From: Candidatus Krumholzibacteriota bacterium
GTDB lineage: Bacteria > Krumholzibacteriota > Krumholzibacteriia > Krumholzibacteriales > Krumholzibacteriaceae
Length of the DNA: 64,000 bases
Direction: 5' to 3'
NCBI GenBank assembly: GCA_016933255.1
Contig: JAFGBF010000002.1
Span: 4,772-68,771, forward strand
The position numbers were made by a program, and so were the translations under genes. A model generated the notes under the pieces. The model made no database searches. It was not told the origin of the DNA and saw nothing but the letters and a program-made list of their open reading frames with translations. Positions 30,292-40,635 of the stretch are shown here, piece after piece; position 1 is the first letter of the stretch; every line of letters begins with the position of its first letter.

Positions 30292-30921
30292 ATGGCGTTG
30301 AGGAAAAAAAGCTTTATTCGGGGGATCTCTCTTTTTCTGTTTCTATGTCTGGCGATGACAGGCACAGCCTTCGCTCAGGCAAATTCAAACAAGGCGGTCA
30401 TTCATCTCGGCGGGTCCTACAACAAGTCGCTGGTCGATGACACAGGCGCCGGATTTTTCGGGCTCGACATCTATGTCGGAAAGATGATAACCAACGAACT
30501 ATGCTTGGGATTCTCAATCGGATATGATGTCGTTGTTTACGATACGCCCGCGGAGGAACTCCTGAAGGAAGAACCTTTCAAGGAGATGCTCGGGGTCATC
30601 CCCTTCACGCTCAAAGCGAAATATTATCTTACATTTTCACAGATGGTCCAGGCCTACGTCTCAGCGGGCGCCGGAGTCTACCGTGCGGCTCCGTCCCTCG
30701 GAGGCCGGCCGATCCCGTCTCCGCCCGAGGTAGGGACTATCGGCTCGATAAGGGGATCTGGAAACTGTCCCGGCGGATCGATAGGTGTCGGACTTGATTA
30801 CTGGTTCCTGCTTACGACAGGTATCGGGTTCGAACTCGAATATCATATGTTCAAGGTACCAGACGGAGATAACTTCAGTTATGTCCAGGCCCGTGTAAAT
30901 TATTGCATGATTAAATTCTAG
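30292..30921 (+). CDS. Outer-membrane beta-barrel protein (OmpA/OmpW-like)
   Basis: Signal peptide AFA-Q, amphipathic strands 'YVSAGAG', C-terminal Phe. Confidence 0.75.
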   Translation: MALRKKSFIRGISLFLFLCLAMTGTAFAQANSNKAVIHLGGSYNKSLVDDTGAGFFGLDIYVGKMITNELCLGFSIGYDVVVYDTPAEELLKEEPFKEMLGVIPFTLKAKYYLTFSQMVQAYVSAGAGVYRAAPSLGGRPIPSPPEVGTIGSIRGSGNCPGGSIGVGLDYWFLLTTGIGFELEYHMFKVPDGDNFSYVQARVNYCMIKF

Positions 30922-31774
30922 GGCCTGATTTGACGGCACTGAAGACCCGGATATCTTTCCCATCGTCGTAACTGGCTATATCCTCATAGAGCCCGTTTTT
31001 CCTGAAGAGCCTCGCTATTATCTTATCCTGTCCGGCGCCGATCTCGAAAGCCAGCATTCCGCCCGGTCTGAGAAAAGCCGGAGCTCCCGCGATCAGCCGC
31101 GTGAAGATATCAATCCCGTACGCTCCCGCGTCAAGGGCCTCTACAGGTTCATGATCGATAACTTTCGAACCTAGTTTTTCGAGCGAGCCTGTCGGGATAT
31201 ACGGGGGATTACAGACGACAAGATCAGCTTTTCCCTCGAGCCCTTCTCCTTCAAAGGCGCTGAAAAGATCCCCGGTGAAGAGCTTAACCTTCTCCCCGAC
31301 CCCGAAACGCTCGACATTCTTCGAGGCGACAGCGATCGCTTCTTCTGTGATATCAGAAGCCAGGATGAGAGTGTTTTTTGTATTGAGAGCCAGCGCCACC
31401 GCTATATTGCCGCTTCCTGTCCCGATTTCAGCCACGGTGATATCAGCCTTTTCTTCCTGCATCTTTTCAATGAACCCTATACACTTTTTTGTCAGCAGTT
31501 CCGTCTCTTCTCTCGGAATCAGGGCGCCGGGCGCACATAGAAAGAGTTCGCCCATGAACGGAGACTGCCCGAGAATATACTCAAGAGGCGTGCCCTCTTT
31601 TCTCATCGCTAAGAGCTTCCCCAGGTCCAGCCCCGCCTTCTCGAGAAAGCCGGGGGAAGCTGCTCTCAGCCTTCCGCCCGATATTATATCGGCGAGAAGC
31701 AGAGTCTCTTCAAGGGGATCTTCAAACCCTTCTTCCCTGAAACGTTCGTATATTTCCTTCAGGAATAAATACAT
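30911..31774 (-). CDS. HemK/PrmC-family N5-glutamine methyltransferase
   Basis: PLEYILG, LIPREETE, EIGTGSG, NPPY, FEIG. Confidence 0.88.
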   Translation of the reverse strand: MYLFLKEIYERFREEGFEDPLEETLLLADIISGGRLRAASPGFLEKAGLDLGKLLAMRKEGTPLEYILGQSPFMGELFLCAPGALIPREETELLTKKCIGFIEKMQEEKADITVAEIGTGSGNIAVALALNTKNTLILASDITEEAIAVASKNVERFGVGEKVKLFTGDLFSAFEGEGLEGKADLVVCNPPYIPTGSLEKLGSKVIDHEPVEALDAGAYGIDIFTRLIAGAPAFLRPGGMLAFEIGAGQDKIIARLFRKNGLYEDIASYDDGKDIRVFSAVKSGPRI

Positions 31775-31790
31775 TTTCTGTCCTTACTTA

Positions 31791-32894
31791 TCATTCGGAT
31801 CCTTCGGCCATACCGAGATAAAGCTCATGATACTGCCTTGCGATAGCTTCCCAGCCGTGATCAGCCCTTATTTTTTCCATCGCCCTCTCGCCTTTCCTCT
31901 GCGCTTCTTCAGGGTGGAGCAGCATATACTCGAGTTTTGCAGCCAGGTCGGCCGGGTCGGATACGCGGAATGAAAAACCGATTCCGGCAGCGACAGCTTC
32001 GTTTTCCGGAATGTCGCTATAGACCGTCGGCGTACCGAAAGAGAGCCCTTCAAGCAGAGCGATCGACATCGCCTCATACTCTGAGGGAAAAATAAATATC
32101 TTCGCGTGGGCGTAAAGAGCGAAGAAATCGTCCCCGGTAATGAACCCTGTGAACTTTACTCCTTCCGGAGCGCAGTTTTTAAGTTCTTCGAAATATTCGT
32201 AATCAGTAGCCTCTCCTCCTCCGGCAATGACGAGAGGGATATCCGTATCGAGCGCCTTGTACGCATCGATAAGAGTCGAGAGCCCTTTCGTCCTTTCGAT
32301 CCTTCCCGCCGAACAGAAGAAAAACCCGGAACGCTTCAGCGACCACTTGTCGAGAAGAGATTCGTCCGGCTTTTTCCTGATCTCGATTCCGTTCGGAATA
32401 TGTATGACGTCGCTCTGATATCTCAGGTTATAGTAGTCAGCAAGCGGTTTCGAAACAGAAGTCCTTACCTTGGGGACTCTTATAAAGACCTTTTCGGCGA
32501 TCTTGGAAAGCGACCTTGGAAGCAGGCCCCATTTTTTTCTTATATATGCCTGGCCGTGCGAAGTGACTATCACCCCGTATTTCGGCCGTGGGAGCCAGGC
32601 AAGTATGGCGGGATCGACGCTGTGAATATGGACGATGTCATAATCTTCTCTTCGCGACTTCATAGACGCGTTCCACATGTGAGAGACCATCTCGAGCGAT
32701 TTTCTCCTGCTCCCGGCCACAGAGATGACTCTCGCCCCGTGATAATCAGCGATATCCCTGCAGTATGAATCATATCCGTAGATGGTGATCTCGTGGCCCA
32801 GGGCGGAAAGATGGGGGACAAGGGAATCTACCACCACTTCGACGCCGTGGTGTCCGGGGACCCCTTTTATCCCTAGTATCGCAATCTTCATCAA
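31791..32894 (-). CDS. Glycosyltransferase family 4
   Basis: KIAILGIKGVP..HGVE, GRIERTKG, EAMSIALLE. Confidence 0.9.
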   Translation of the reverse strand: MMKIAILGIKGVPGHHGVEVVVDSLVPHLSALGHEITIYGYDSYCRDIADYHGARVISVAGSRRKSLEMVSHMWNASMKSRREDYDIVHIHSVDPAILAWLPRPKYGVIVTSHGQAYIRKKWGLLPRSLSKIAEKVFIRVPKVRTSVSKPLADYYNLRYQSDVIHIPNGIEIRKKPDESLLDKWSLKRSGFFFCSAGRIERTKGLSTLIDAYKALDTDIPLVIAGGGEATDYEYFEELKNCAPEGVKFTGFITGDDFFALYAHAKIFIFPSEYEAMSIALLEGLSFGTPTVYSDIPENEAVAAGIGFSFRVSDPADLAAKLEYMLLHPEEAQRKGERAMEKIRADHGWEAIARQYHELYLGMAEGSE

Positions 32895-32908
32895 TCGGCT
32901 CCGATTAT

Positions 32909-33904
32909 CTAATCAAGGCAGACCGGTTTTCCCCGCATGACCCTCAACCTGTTCCTGGCGACCCACAGGATCGGCTTCAGCGGATTCCTTCTCATCGCGG
33001 GAACTGCGGTTCCGGTCATCCAGCAGTTTCTTGTACAGGAAGCGACCTGTCTTCTCACTTCTTCGGCCTTTTCGCTCTTCCATATCTCTTCGAAAGACTG
33101 TGTCTTGAGATCGCCCATCACAAGCGGTTCAAGCGAGCCGTTGCAGGCGAGCACCTGCCCCCATGGATCGAGAAAAAATGTGTCTGTTCCCGCCCTGCAG
33201 GGTATAGGCCTTGCCTTGCCCTGCATATGTCCGAGAAGGCCCAGGTTCAGATAGGCCCTGAACCAGTCCTTGACTCTCTTCTTCAGCTTCGCTCTCGGAG
33301 AGGAAAGAAGCGCCTCCATAAACTGCTGCATGGTCTTTTCGACCTCTTTGATGTTATCGATACCGTTATCCTCCTTGAAAAAATAGAAGGAATTGTGCAC
33401 AACGGCATTGGCGAATTCTACACCCATCGAGGCTACAAGGGTATAGAGGTCGAGAAGGTCGTGGCTGTTGTCCCCTGATATCGTCATCGCGAACCCGATA
33501 TCTTTCACTCCCATCCTCTTGAGCCTGAGGATCGTCCTGAGAGCCCTGTCAAAACCGTTTTCCAGCCCGCGAAGCCTGTCATTCAGCGCCGGCAAGCCCT
33601 CTACGCTGACGCGTATCGTTATGTCGGAGAATTCTCTGGCGATATCTATGATCCTGTCGTGGAAAAACCCGTTCGTACTTATTTCCAGTCTTTCCGATTT
33701 CGTATCAAGGATCTCGACTATCCTGCGGATATCCTTGCGAAGCATCGGTTCTCCCCCTGTAATATTCAATCGCTGCATCCCGCCCGGGATCTTCTTGAGT
33801 ATTTCAGGATCGAACTCTTCGGATGCTTTACTCGGATTCCGCCAGGCATTGCACATCTGGCATCTCGCGTTGCACCTGTATGTAGTTATTACCGCGCATT
33901 CCAT
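32909..33904 (-). CDS. Radical SAM/SPASM-domain protein
   Basis: CNARCQMC, TGGEP, C-terminal CxAG...C...C...C. Confidence 0.92.
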   Translation of the reverse strand: MECAVITTYRCNARCQMCNAWRNPSKASEEFDPEILKKIPGGMQRLNITGGEPMLRKDIRRIVEILDTKSERLEISTNGFFHDRIIDIAREFSDITIRVSVEGLPALNDRLRGLENGFDRALRTILRLKRMGVKDIGFAMTISGDNSHDLLDLYTLVASMGVEFANAVVHNSFYFFKEDNGIDNIKEVEKTMQQFMEALLSSPRAKLKKRVKDWFRAYLNLGLLGHMQGKARPIPCRAGTDTFFLDPWGQVLACNGSLEPLVMGDLKTQSFEEIWKSEKAEEVRRQVASCTRNCWMTGTAVPAMRRNPLKPILWVARNRLRVMRGKPVCLD

Positions 33905-33985
33905 TTCAGTTACCGCTGCCTTTCCTCACAGGATGGAGCAATATTTATGACAATCGAGCCGTGCAATACCTCTATCCTTCATATA

Positions 33986-35263
33986 TCAGGCTCTTTTCAT
34001 CCACTTGAAGATCTCTCTCATATCCGGACGCTTGCCGTACATGAGAATACCGATCCGGAATATCTTCGCCGAGATCAGGGCGGAGATATATATGGCTCCC
34101 AGCATTATCAGGATACTCAGGAGTATCTGCCACGCCGGAGGAGTAAGGATATTTATCCTCATGAACATCACTATTGGCGTAAACATCGGTATAAGGCTGA
34201 GCAGAGTCGCAAACATGCCGTCAGGATTCTGTATTATCATCATCGGAACGATGATCGTAAATACAAGACACAGGACGATAGGCTGCTGCAGCTGCTGAGC
34301 CTCCTGGTCGGTATTGCATACGGCTCCGACTCCGGCGAACATCGTAGCATAGAAAAAGAAACCGAGGAGATAATATACGACAAAATATGCCATCGTCGCC
34401 GGAGAAAGGTTTGCCGCGATCTCGGCAACAGGGCCGCCCAGGCTCAGACCGTAAAGTGCGAAAACAAGAGCGCAAGTCACCCATATCAGATATTGCGTCA
34501 GCCCTACGGCGCCGACGCCGATGATCTTGCCGAGGAGCAGGTCTATAGGCCTGAGAGAAGAAAGCATTACCTCGATCACCCTGTTGTTCTTCTCCTCTAT
34601 GACGCTTCTCTGAACCACTATTCCCCACATCAGGATCGACATATAGAGAAGCATTATAAAGACCATCGTCGACATGAAGATCGAGTCGAAACCTTTCCCT
34701 GCCTCTTCCTCTCCCTCTTTGATCTGGATCATCTCGATCTCTACTTCTTTTACAAGTTTTCCTACGACATCATACTCAAGGCCTTCCCTTTTCAGCCTCT
34801 CGCTGATGACGACGTTGTCGATCGCCGATTCAAATCTTTCCATCGTCTTGATATTGCCGAGCTTCTTGCCGAAAAAGGTCGCCTTGCTCTCTTTTACCAC
34901 ATCTTCCGGAAGGACGAGGTAGCCGTCTATGACATCGCTTTCGATCTCCAGATTCAGATCTCTTTTGATAGTGTTGAGCTCAAGCCCGCTCGTTTCGATC
35001 TTTCTAAGTTCGTACTTATTTGTCCCGTCCGGCAGCGTATCGGAGAGAGCCGATTCGATTTTATCGAATATCACTCCGCTCCCGTCTATAACGGCTATTT
35101 TTACTACCGACTCCGGAGTGAACTTCATGAAAAGGGCTGGAGCGAAAATGATCCCGCCCATCAGAAGAGGGCCGAGTATCGTACCGATTAAAAAACTCTT
35201 TTTCTTGACTCTCTCAAGATACTCTCTTTTTACTACCTTAAACATCTTCTTCATCGAGCTCAC
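33986..35263 (-). CDS. ABC-2 type exporter permease (NatB-like)
   Basis: KREYLERVKKKSF, EEKNNRVIEVMLSS, GKIIG; six TMs. Confidence 0.9.
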   Translation of the reverse strand: MSSMKKMFKVVKREYLERVKKKSFLIGTILGPLLMGGIIFAPALFMKFTPESVVKIAVIDGSGVIFDKIESALSDTLPDGTNKYELRKIETSGLELNTIKRDLNLEIESDVIDGYLVLPEDVVKESKATFFGKKLGNIKTMERFESAIDNVVISERLKREGLEYDVVGKLVKEVEIEMIQIKEGEEEAGKGFDSIFMSTMVFIMLLYMSILMWGIVVQRSVIEEKNNRVIEVMLSSLRPIDLLLGKIIGVGAVGLTQYLIWVTCALVFALYGLSLGGPVAEIAANLSPATMAYFVVYYLLGFFFYATMFAGVGAVCNTDQEAQQLQQPIVLCLVFTIIVPMMIIQNPDGMFATLLSLIPMFTPIVMFMRINILTPPAWQILLSILIMLGAIYISALISAKIFRIGILMYGKRPDMREIFKWMKRA

Positions 35264-36155
35264 CCCCTTTTTCCTTGACCTTGATTATGAAAATATCATG
35301 CAGGGATATCTCTCCTATCTCATATCTCTCGACCTGCCCCTTCTCGATCGCGAAGCTGAGGATCCTGTTCGGGTCGGCGCCGTCTTTGAGGTTTATGCTG
35401 AGATCGTTCCCGAATTCACTTATCTTCTCTACATCAGGATACCCCTCCAGGATCTTTTTATCCCCCGAAAACCTCATCGAGACGACATTCTTGCTGAATT
35501 TGAGTTTGAGTTCGCTCAGCTTGCCTTCAAGCACCTTTCTGCCCTTGTTGATCAGGCAGATCCTTTCGCAGAGCTTTTCGACCTGATCCATAAGGTGGGT
35601 GGAGAGGATGACTGTCCGCCCTTCGTTTTTCATCGTGATAATAATATCCTTCAGGATCTGCGTATTGATCGGATCGAGCCCCGAAAAAGGTTCATCGAGG
35701 ATGACAAGCTGCGGATCATGGAGCACTGTGGATATGAATTGAATCTTCTGCTGCATTCCTTTCGACAGCGCTTCCACTTCCTTGTCGCGCCAATCCCCAA
35801 GCTCTACCCGGTCGAGCCATTCATTCGCCCTCATGACCGCCGTCGATCTGTCGATTCCCTTTATTTCTCCCAGGAAGACCAGGTGGTCGAGGACTTTCAT
35901 CTTCCTGTACATGCCTCTTTCTTCAGGAAGATATCCGATCTTTTCTTTTGTCTTTTCACTGAGAGGAGCGTCGAATATATCGATGCTCCCTTCATCCGGC
36001 TGGATGATATTCATGATCATCCTTATCGTCGTCGTTTTTCCCGCCCCATTAGGTCCGAGGAGTCCGTATATCCCTCCCGGCTCTACGACTAGCGAAAGAT
36101 CATCTACAGCGGTATGGCCGTCATACCGCTTCGTGACATTTTTTATCGAAAGCAA
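35238..36155 (-). CDS. ABC exporter ATP-binding protein (NatA-like)
   Basis: GPNGAGKT, YLPEERG, LSKGMQQK, DEPFSGLD. Confidence 0.93.
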   Translation of the reverse strand: MLSIKNVTKRYDGHTAVDDLSLVVEPGGIYGLLGPNGAGKTTTIRMIMNIIQPDEGSIDIFDAPLSEKTKEKIGYLPEERGMYRKMKVLDHLVFLGEIKGIDRSTAVMRANEWLDRVELGDWRDKEVEALSKGMQQKIQFISTVLHDPQLVILDEPFSGLDPINTQILKDIIITMKNEGRTVILSTHLMDQVEKLCERICLINKGRKVLEGKLSELKLKFSKNVVSMRFSGDKKILEGYPDVEKISEFGNDLSINLKDGADPNRILSFAIEKGQVERYEIGEISLHDIFIIKVKEKGGELDEEDV

Positions 36156-36196
36156 TATTCATCCTCCCTTTTTTGCAGAGACCATCCCTGGCGCGG

Positions 36197-36823
36197 CTAC
36201 GCCTTCCTGTCTTCTTTAAAATCGCCGAACTCTATCAGCCCTCTCATTTCGACAAGCGCCCTGTATCTGTGGCTGATCATATTTTTACGGTCCAGGTCCA
36301 TTTGAGCGACAGTCGATCCTTCCTCAGGGAGATAGAATACCGGGTCGTATCCGAACCCGTTGCTGCCTGCCGGCTCTTCGGCTATCATCCCCTCCAGGAC
36401 TCCTTCTGTCATCAGGATTTTTTTATCTGTTCCCGGGGCGGGAAACAGGACCATCACGCACCGGAACCTGGCTTTCCTTTCATCGCCTTTTTTACCCCGA
36501 AGCTCTTCAAGCAGCAGCTTCGAGCGGTCGGAGTCGCTCGCGCCATTGCCTCCGTACCGCGCCGATCCTATTCCAGGCTTTCCATCGAGCGCGTCGACTT
36601 CGATTCCGGAATCATCGGCAAGCGCAGGCAGCCCTGTCGCCTTATAGGCAGCTTTGGCTTTTATCAGGGCGTTTTCAAAAAAACTGTTTCCGGTCTCTTC
36701 CGGCTCAGGGAAAGGCGGAAAATCATCGAGACTTGACATTTCTATCCCGGTGCCCGAGAGCATCTTTTCGATCTCCCTGATCTTTCCCCTGTTTCTTGTA
36801 CCGATCACTATCTTGAGCGCCAA
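36197..36823 (-). CDS. rdgB: Non-canonical purine NTP pyrophosphatase
   Basis: TRNRGK..E, ENA..KA, DDSG, GFGYDP, SHR. Confidence 0.96.
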   Translation of the reverse strand: MALKIVIGTRNRGKIREIEKMLSGTGIEMSSLDDFPPFPEPEETGNSFFENALIKAKAAYKATGLPALADDSGIEVDALDGKPGIGSARYGGNGASDSDRSKLLLEELRGKKGDERKARFRCVMVLFPAPGTDKKILMTEGVLEGMIAEEPAGSNGFGYDPVFYLPEEGSTVAQMDLDRKNMISHRYRALVEMRGLIEFGDFKEDRKA

Positions 36824-37563
36824 TTCAAAACCTTTTTCTGATACTTGATTATCTGTTTTATCCCCGCCTTTGCCGAAGCAAGCATCTTATCGAGCTCTTC
36901 GCGTGAAAATGCTTCTCCTTCAGCGGTCCCCTGAATCTCTATATATTCATCCCTGTCATTCATCACGACATTCATATCGACGTCAGCGGTTGAATCGAGT
37001 TGGTAGTCGAGATCGAGCACTGGCTTTCCTTTTATCATCCCGACGCTTACTGCACCGACAAACCCTTTCAGCAAAGGCGCGTCGAGCTTAAGCTGTTCGA
37101 GAGCTCCGGCCATCGCTATGAGCGCTCCGTTGATCGAAGCGCATCTCGTCCCTCCGTCTGCCTCGATTACGTCGCAGTCGATGAAGATCGTTCTCTCCCC
37201 GATCTTTTCGAGATCGACGACTGCGCGAAGCGAGCGGCCGATCAGTCTCTGGATCTCGTGCGTACGGCCCTTGATCTTTCCCTTCGCCGATTCCCGGGGG
37301 ATCCTCGATGGGCTCGATCTGGGAAGCATACCGTATTCAGCCGTTATCCAGCCCTTCTGCGTCCCACGCAGAAAAGGCGGAACAGAATTCTCGATCGTTG
37401 CCGCACAGACCACACGGGTCCTTCCCATCTCTATCAGCACAGAACCTGGAGCACTTTTGATATAGTTCAGGGTCGCCTTGATAGGCCTGAGCTGATTAAG
37501 GCTTCTCTTTGTTTTCACTGTCATCGGTATGCCATCCTTTGCCATCTTTCTCTTTTCCGACAT
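36808..37563 (-). CDS. rph: Ribonuclease PH
   Basis: GWITAEYGMLP, RTHEIQRLIGRSLR, ADGGTR, DMNVV; true start may be a downstream Met. Confidence 0.96.
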   Translation of the reverse strand: MSEKRKMAKDGIPMTVKTKRSLNQLRPIKATLNYIKSAPGSVLIEMGRTRVVCAATIENSVPPFLRGTQKGWITAEYGMLPRSSPSRIPRESAKGKIKGRTHEIQRLIGRSLRAVVDLEKIGERTIFIDCDVIEADGGTRCASINGALIAMAGALEQLKLDAPLLKGFVGAVSVGMIKGKPVLDLDYQLDSTADVDMNVVMNDRDEYIEIQGTAEGEAFSREELDKMLASAKAGIKQIIKYQKKVLNWRSR

Positions 37564-38356
37564 GTTCGACTTTTAGTATCGGCATTCTCAGGAATCTTTC
37601 TCCCACTTCCTTGAAAAGATAGGGGGTATCGCTGACAAAACATTCGAACCTGCCTCTGCTTTCCATATCATTCAGCAGGTCCTTTTCCCTGAGGATCTTC
37701 TCGATCTCGATCGCCGTCTCGGCCGCCGAATCAACGAGAACGACCGACTCGCCCGCGACTTTCGAGATGACCTTCTTCAAGAGGGGATAATGCGTACACC
37801 CGAGCACAAGAGTGTCGGCTTTGAAATCGGCGAGAGGCTGAAGATACCTTCTCGCGACAAGCTCCGTGACTTCGTCATCGAGCCATCCCTCTTCGGCAAG
37901 AGATACGAAGAGCGGGCATGGATGGGATCTTGTCTCGAGATCTGGATCTATATCGAAGATGGCTTTTTCATACGCCCTCGACCTTATTGTCGCGGCTGTC
38001 CCGATCACTGCGATCCTTCCATTCCGGGTCGCCCTGGCGGCCGCTCTGGCTCCCGGCAGCAGGACCCCCGTCACCGGGAGGTCTTCTTTTTCCTGTATCT
38101 CCGGAAGAGCTATCGAAGAAGCCGTGTTGCACGCGACCACGAGAAGTTTTACATCTTTTGTCTTGAGGAACTCGATATTCTCCGAGGCGAATCTGCGGAC
38201 CGTGTCGGGACTTTTCGACCCATAGGGAACACGCGCCGTATCACCAAAATAGACGATCGCCTCTCCCGGAAGACGTTTCATTATCTCGTGCACGACCGTC
38301 AGCCCTCCGACACCTGAATCGAATACGCCGACAGCTTTTTTTCTTTCATCGTTCAT
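37496..38356 (-). CDS. murI: Glutamate racemase
   Basis: FDSGVGG, PYG, ACNTAS, LGCTHYP. Confidence 0.97.
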   Translation of the reverse strand: MNDERKKAVGVFDSGVGGLTVVHEIMKRLPGEAIVYFGDTARVPYGSKSPDTVRRFASENIEFLKTKDVKLLVVACNTASSIALPEIQEKEDLPVTGVLLPGARAAARATRNGRIAVIGTAATIRSRAYEKAIFDIDPDLETRSHPCPLFVSLAEEGWLDDEVTELVARRYLQPLADFKADTLVLGCTHYPLLKKVISKVAGESVVLVDSAAETAIEIEKILREKDLLNDMESRGRFECFVSDTPYLFKEVGERFLRMPILKVEHVGKEKDGKGWHTDDSENKEKP

Positions 38357-38385
38357 GCTTGTTCTATCTGTTCAGGCTGCAGGTC

Positions 38386-38985
38386 TTATCTCCAGTTGAG
38401 GAGGTCAAGAGGGCCAGTGGTGTCATAATGGCCGGCTATCGTCTCGACTGGATAGCCGTCGACCAGGAATTGCAATTTTCTGATCTGAGGGAAATTGGAA
38501 CTGATCGTCCTCAGGATCATGCTTATCGTATAATACTCGCTGACTCCACCTCCGGGATGTCCCGAGATAAATACCCTGTTAAAATCCACGTACACGGTCT
38601 GTGACTCCTCCACCCAGAACACTTCTATTACATCCGTGCCCTGAGGGAGCGCGGAGATCATCTTATCATCCTCCGGGCCCTGGGCAAGGGCTCTTATCAC
38701 GCCTTTTACCTGCTCTTCGATCCCTTCGCGCACGGCTATCTCTCTCGTCTCCGAAAGAAGGCCGCTCGCGTCTCTGCCGGCAAAGAAAAGAGTCACACTC
38801 ATAGTCTGCTCGGGAACTTCAACGGGAGCCGGGGTTTTCTGGACATTGCTCAGGCGGGTCGATTTTTCGATCAGAAAAATCGAGACTATCACTATCGCGA
38901 CAACGAGCAGGACGATTATTATGTTTTTGCCGGAAATGATAACCTTATCCTTTCGCAAAAAATCCGCCTGAAAGTCCTGAAGCAC
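38386..38985 (-). CDS. GerMN-domain membrane-anchored protein
   Basis: TM anchor, 'L..GP', 'YVDF', 'FLVDG...TIAGH'; between amidase and murI; start uncertain. Confidence 0.8.
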   Translation of the reverse strand: MLQDFQADFLRKDKVIISGKNIIIVLLVVAIVIVSIFLIEKSTRLSNVQKTPAPVEVPEQTMSVTLFFAGRDASGLLSETREIAVREGIEEQVKGVIRALAQGPEDDKMISALPQGTDVIEVFWVEESQTVYVDFNRVFISGHPGGGVSEYYTISMILRTISSNFPQIRKLQFLVDGYPVETIAGHYDTTGPLDLLNWR

Positions 38986-39027
38986 GCTTGATCGGCGCCG
39001 CGGCGCGATCCTCTTCGGGACAGGCGA

Positions 39028-40629
39028 TTACCTCGTCATACTGACAGTTTCAGTATATTTTTCCTGGAACCGTCTTACGGCGTTGACTATCCCTTCGATC
39101 ACCCTTGCCCTGAAAAGCGGGTCCTGCACCAGGATCTCCTCTTCAGGATTTGACAGGAAAGCGATCTCGACTAGTACCGCCGGCATCTTCAGGCCTCTTA
39201 AAACCAGCAGCCCGGCCTGCTTGACACCGCGGTTTCTTATTGAAAGACGATTGCTCATCTCTTTTTGTATCAGTTCGGCGAGCTCGCTGCTCTCGCTTAT
39301 AAATTCGTTCTGGACTATGTCCCAGAGAATAAAATCAAGTTCGTCGAGTTCTTCCGGCTTGAGTTCTGGGTTCTCAAACTGGATAGAGGCGTTTTCCTCC
39401 CTCGCGAGCCTCAGATCATCCTCGCTGCGGGCCGGGGCGAGAAAGAAAGTCTCAAAGCCGCTGGCGTCCTGATGAAACCACCCGTTGCAGTGGATGCTTA
39501 TAAAGAGGTCAGCGTCTTCCGAGTTCGCGATCTCCGCTCTCCTGCTCAGCGGTACAAGAATATCGTCAGTCCTCGTCATCACGACCTCTACACCGAATTC
39601 TTCGACAAGCCTCTCGCTGAGAAGGATCGAATAGTCAAGGTTCACATCTTTTTCATAGATTCCGGAAGAGCTCACCTTTCCCTTGTCGACACCTCCATGC
39701 CCGGGGTCTATCGCGATCTTCAGTATCCTGTTTCCTCTGATCGTCTCAGCATCGAGGATCTCCGTCATCTTCATCCCGGCGAAATCAGGATCTGGAATCT
39801 CCGGCAGTTTAGTTTTCTCAAGGAATATTACGAGCTTTCTTGCGCTTCCGCCGCCTTCTGCATCATCAAAAAACTCCACGCGGAACCTCGCTGCCGTCTT
39901 TTTCACATCAAAGAAAAGGTAAGCGTCATGTTCCGTCTGTTCAGCCCTTGTTTTGTTGAACAGCCCTTTTCCTGCCGTCACGGAGAATTTCAGCGTGTTG
40001 AGCCTGCCGCCGTATATCTTCACCCTGAGAAGGCCTGGAGTCTCGCTGTCAACATGGTACAGAAGCTCCTCCGTCAGATCCAGAACAGCTTTTGACCAGA
40101 CCTCGTCATCGGTGAATGTTATGCCGGTGACGTTATATTCGGGGGATCCTATCGTAAGGATCAGCGTTTCTTCATCAAGATCGATCTCTTCAATCGTCGA
40201 TGAAGCGAGGATTGCGGAAATAAACTCGATAGGGATCATGACCAGACCCTCGGAATACCTTACAGGGACCCTCATCAGGACCGGCTGGTCATCTACGATG
40301 ACGACCCTCGTATCAAGCGTGAACATGAACCTGTGCCCGGAGATACTGAGAATAAGTTTGCGGGCACCGGGATTCCAGTGCCTGCTCGCCTTGAAGACGC
40401 GCGCAAGGTTATATCCCGAGATAAACAGCTCTTCACTGTCCTCCTCCAGCCCGAGGAGGGGAATATCCTCGGTCTGGCGTCCGTCCGCGTAGACGACCCC
40501 CAGAGTCTTCTCGGCTTCGGCTCTTTCGTCCGAAATCAGGGGACTGCTGAGGCCGGAAAGCAAAGCAAGTAAAAGAGCGGCCACTGACGTCATCCGGCAA
40601 AAAACAGAATATCGTTTATTCACTGGCAT
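39028..40629 (-). CDS. N-acetylmuramoyl-L-alanine amidase (Amidase_3)
   Basis: IDPGHGG, EK, FISIH, PAVLVE.AFLSN. Confidence 0.93.
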   Translation of the reverse strand: MPVNKRYSVFCRMTSVAALLLALLSGLSSPLISDERAEAEKTLGVVYADGRQTEDIPLLGLEEDSEELFISGYNLARVFKASRHWNPGARKLILSISGHRFMFTLDTRVVIVDDQPVLMRVPVRYSEGLVMIPIEFISAILASSTIEEIDLDEETLILTIGSPEYNVTGITFTDDEVWSKAVLDLTEELLYHVDSETPGLLRVKIYGGRLNTLKFSVTAGKGLFNKTRAEQTEHDAYLFFDVKKTAARFRVEFFDDAEGGGSARKLVIFLEKTKLPEIPDPDFAGMKMTEILDAETIRGNRILKIAIDPGHGGVDKGKVSSSGIYEKDVNLDYSILLSERLVEEFGVEVVMTRTDDILVPLSRRAEIANSEDADLFISIHCNGWFHQDASGFETFFLAPARSEDDLRLAREENASIQFENPELKPEELDELDFILWDIVQNEFISESSELAELIQKEMSNRLSIRNRGVKQAGLLVLRGLKMPAVLVEIAFLSNPEEEILVQDPLFRARVIEGIVNAVRRFQEKYTETVSMTR

Positions 40630-40635
40630 CCCTTC

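Noticed and set aside
33659..36092. Long + strand ORFs (510 and 387 aa)
   Set aside because: Antisense shadows of the ABC permease/ATPase genes with no recognisable motifs; the same applies to the many other antisense ORFs in the track
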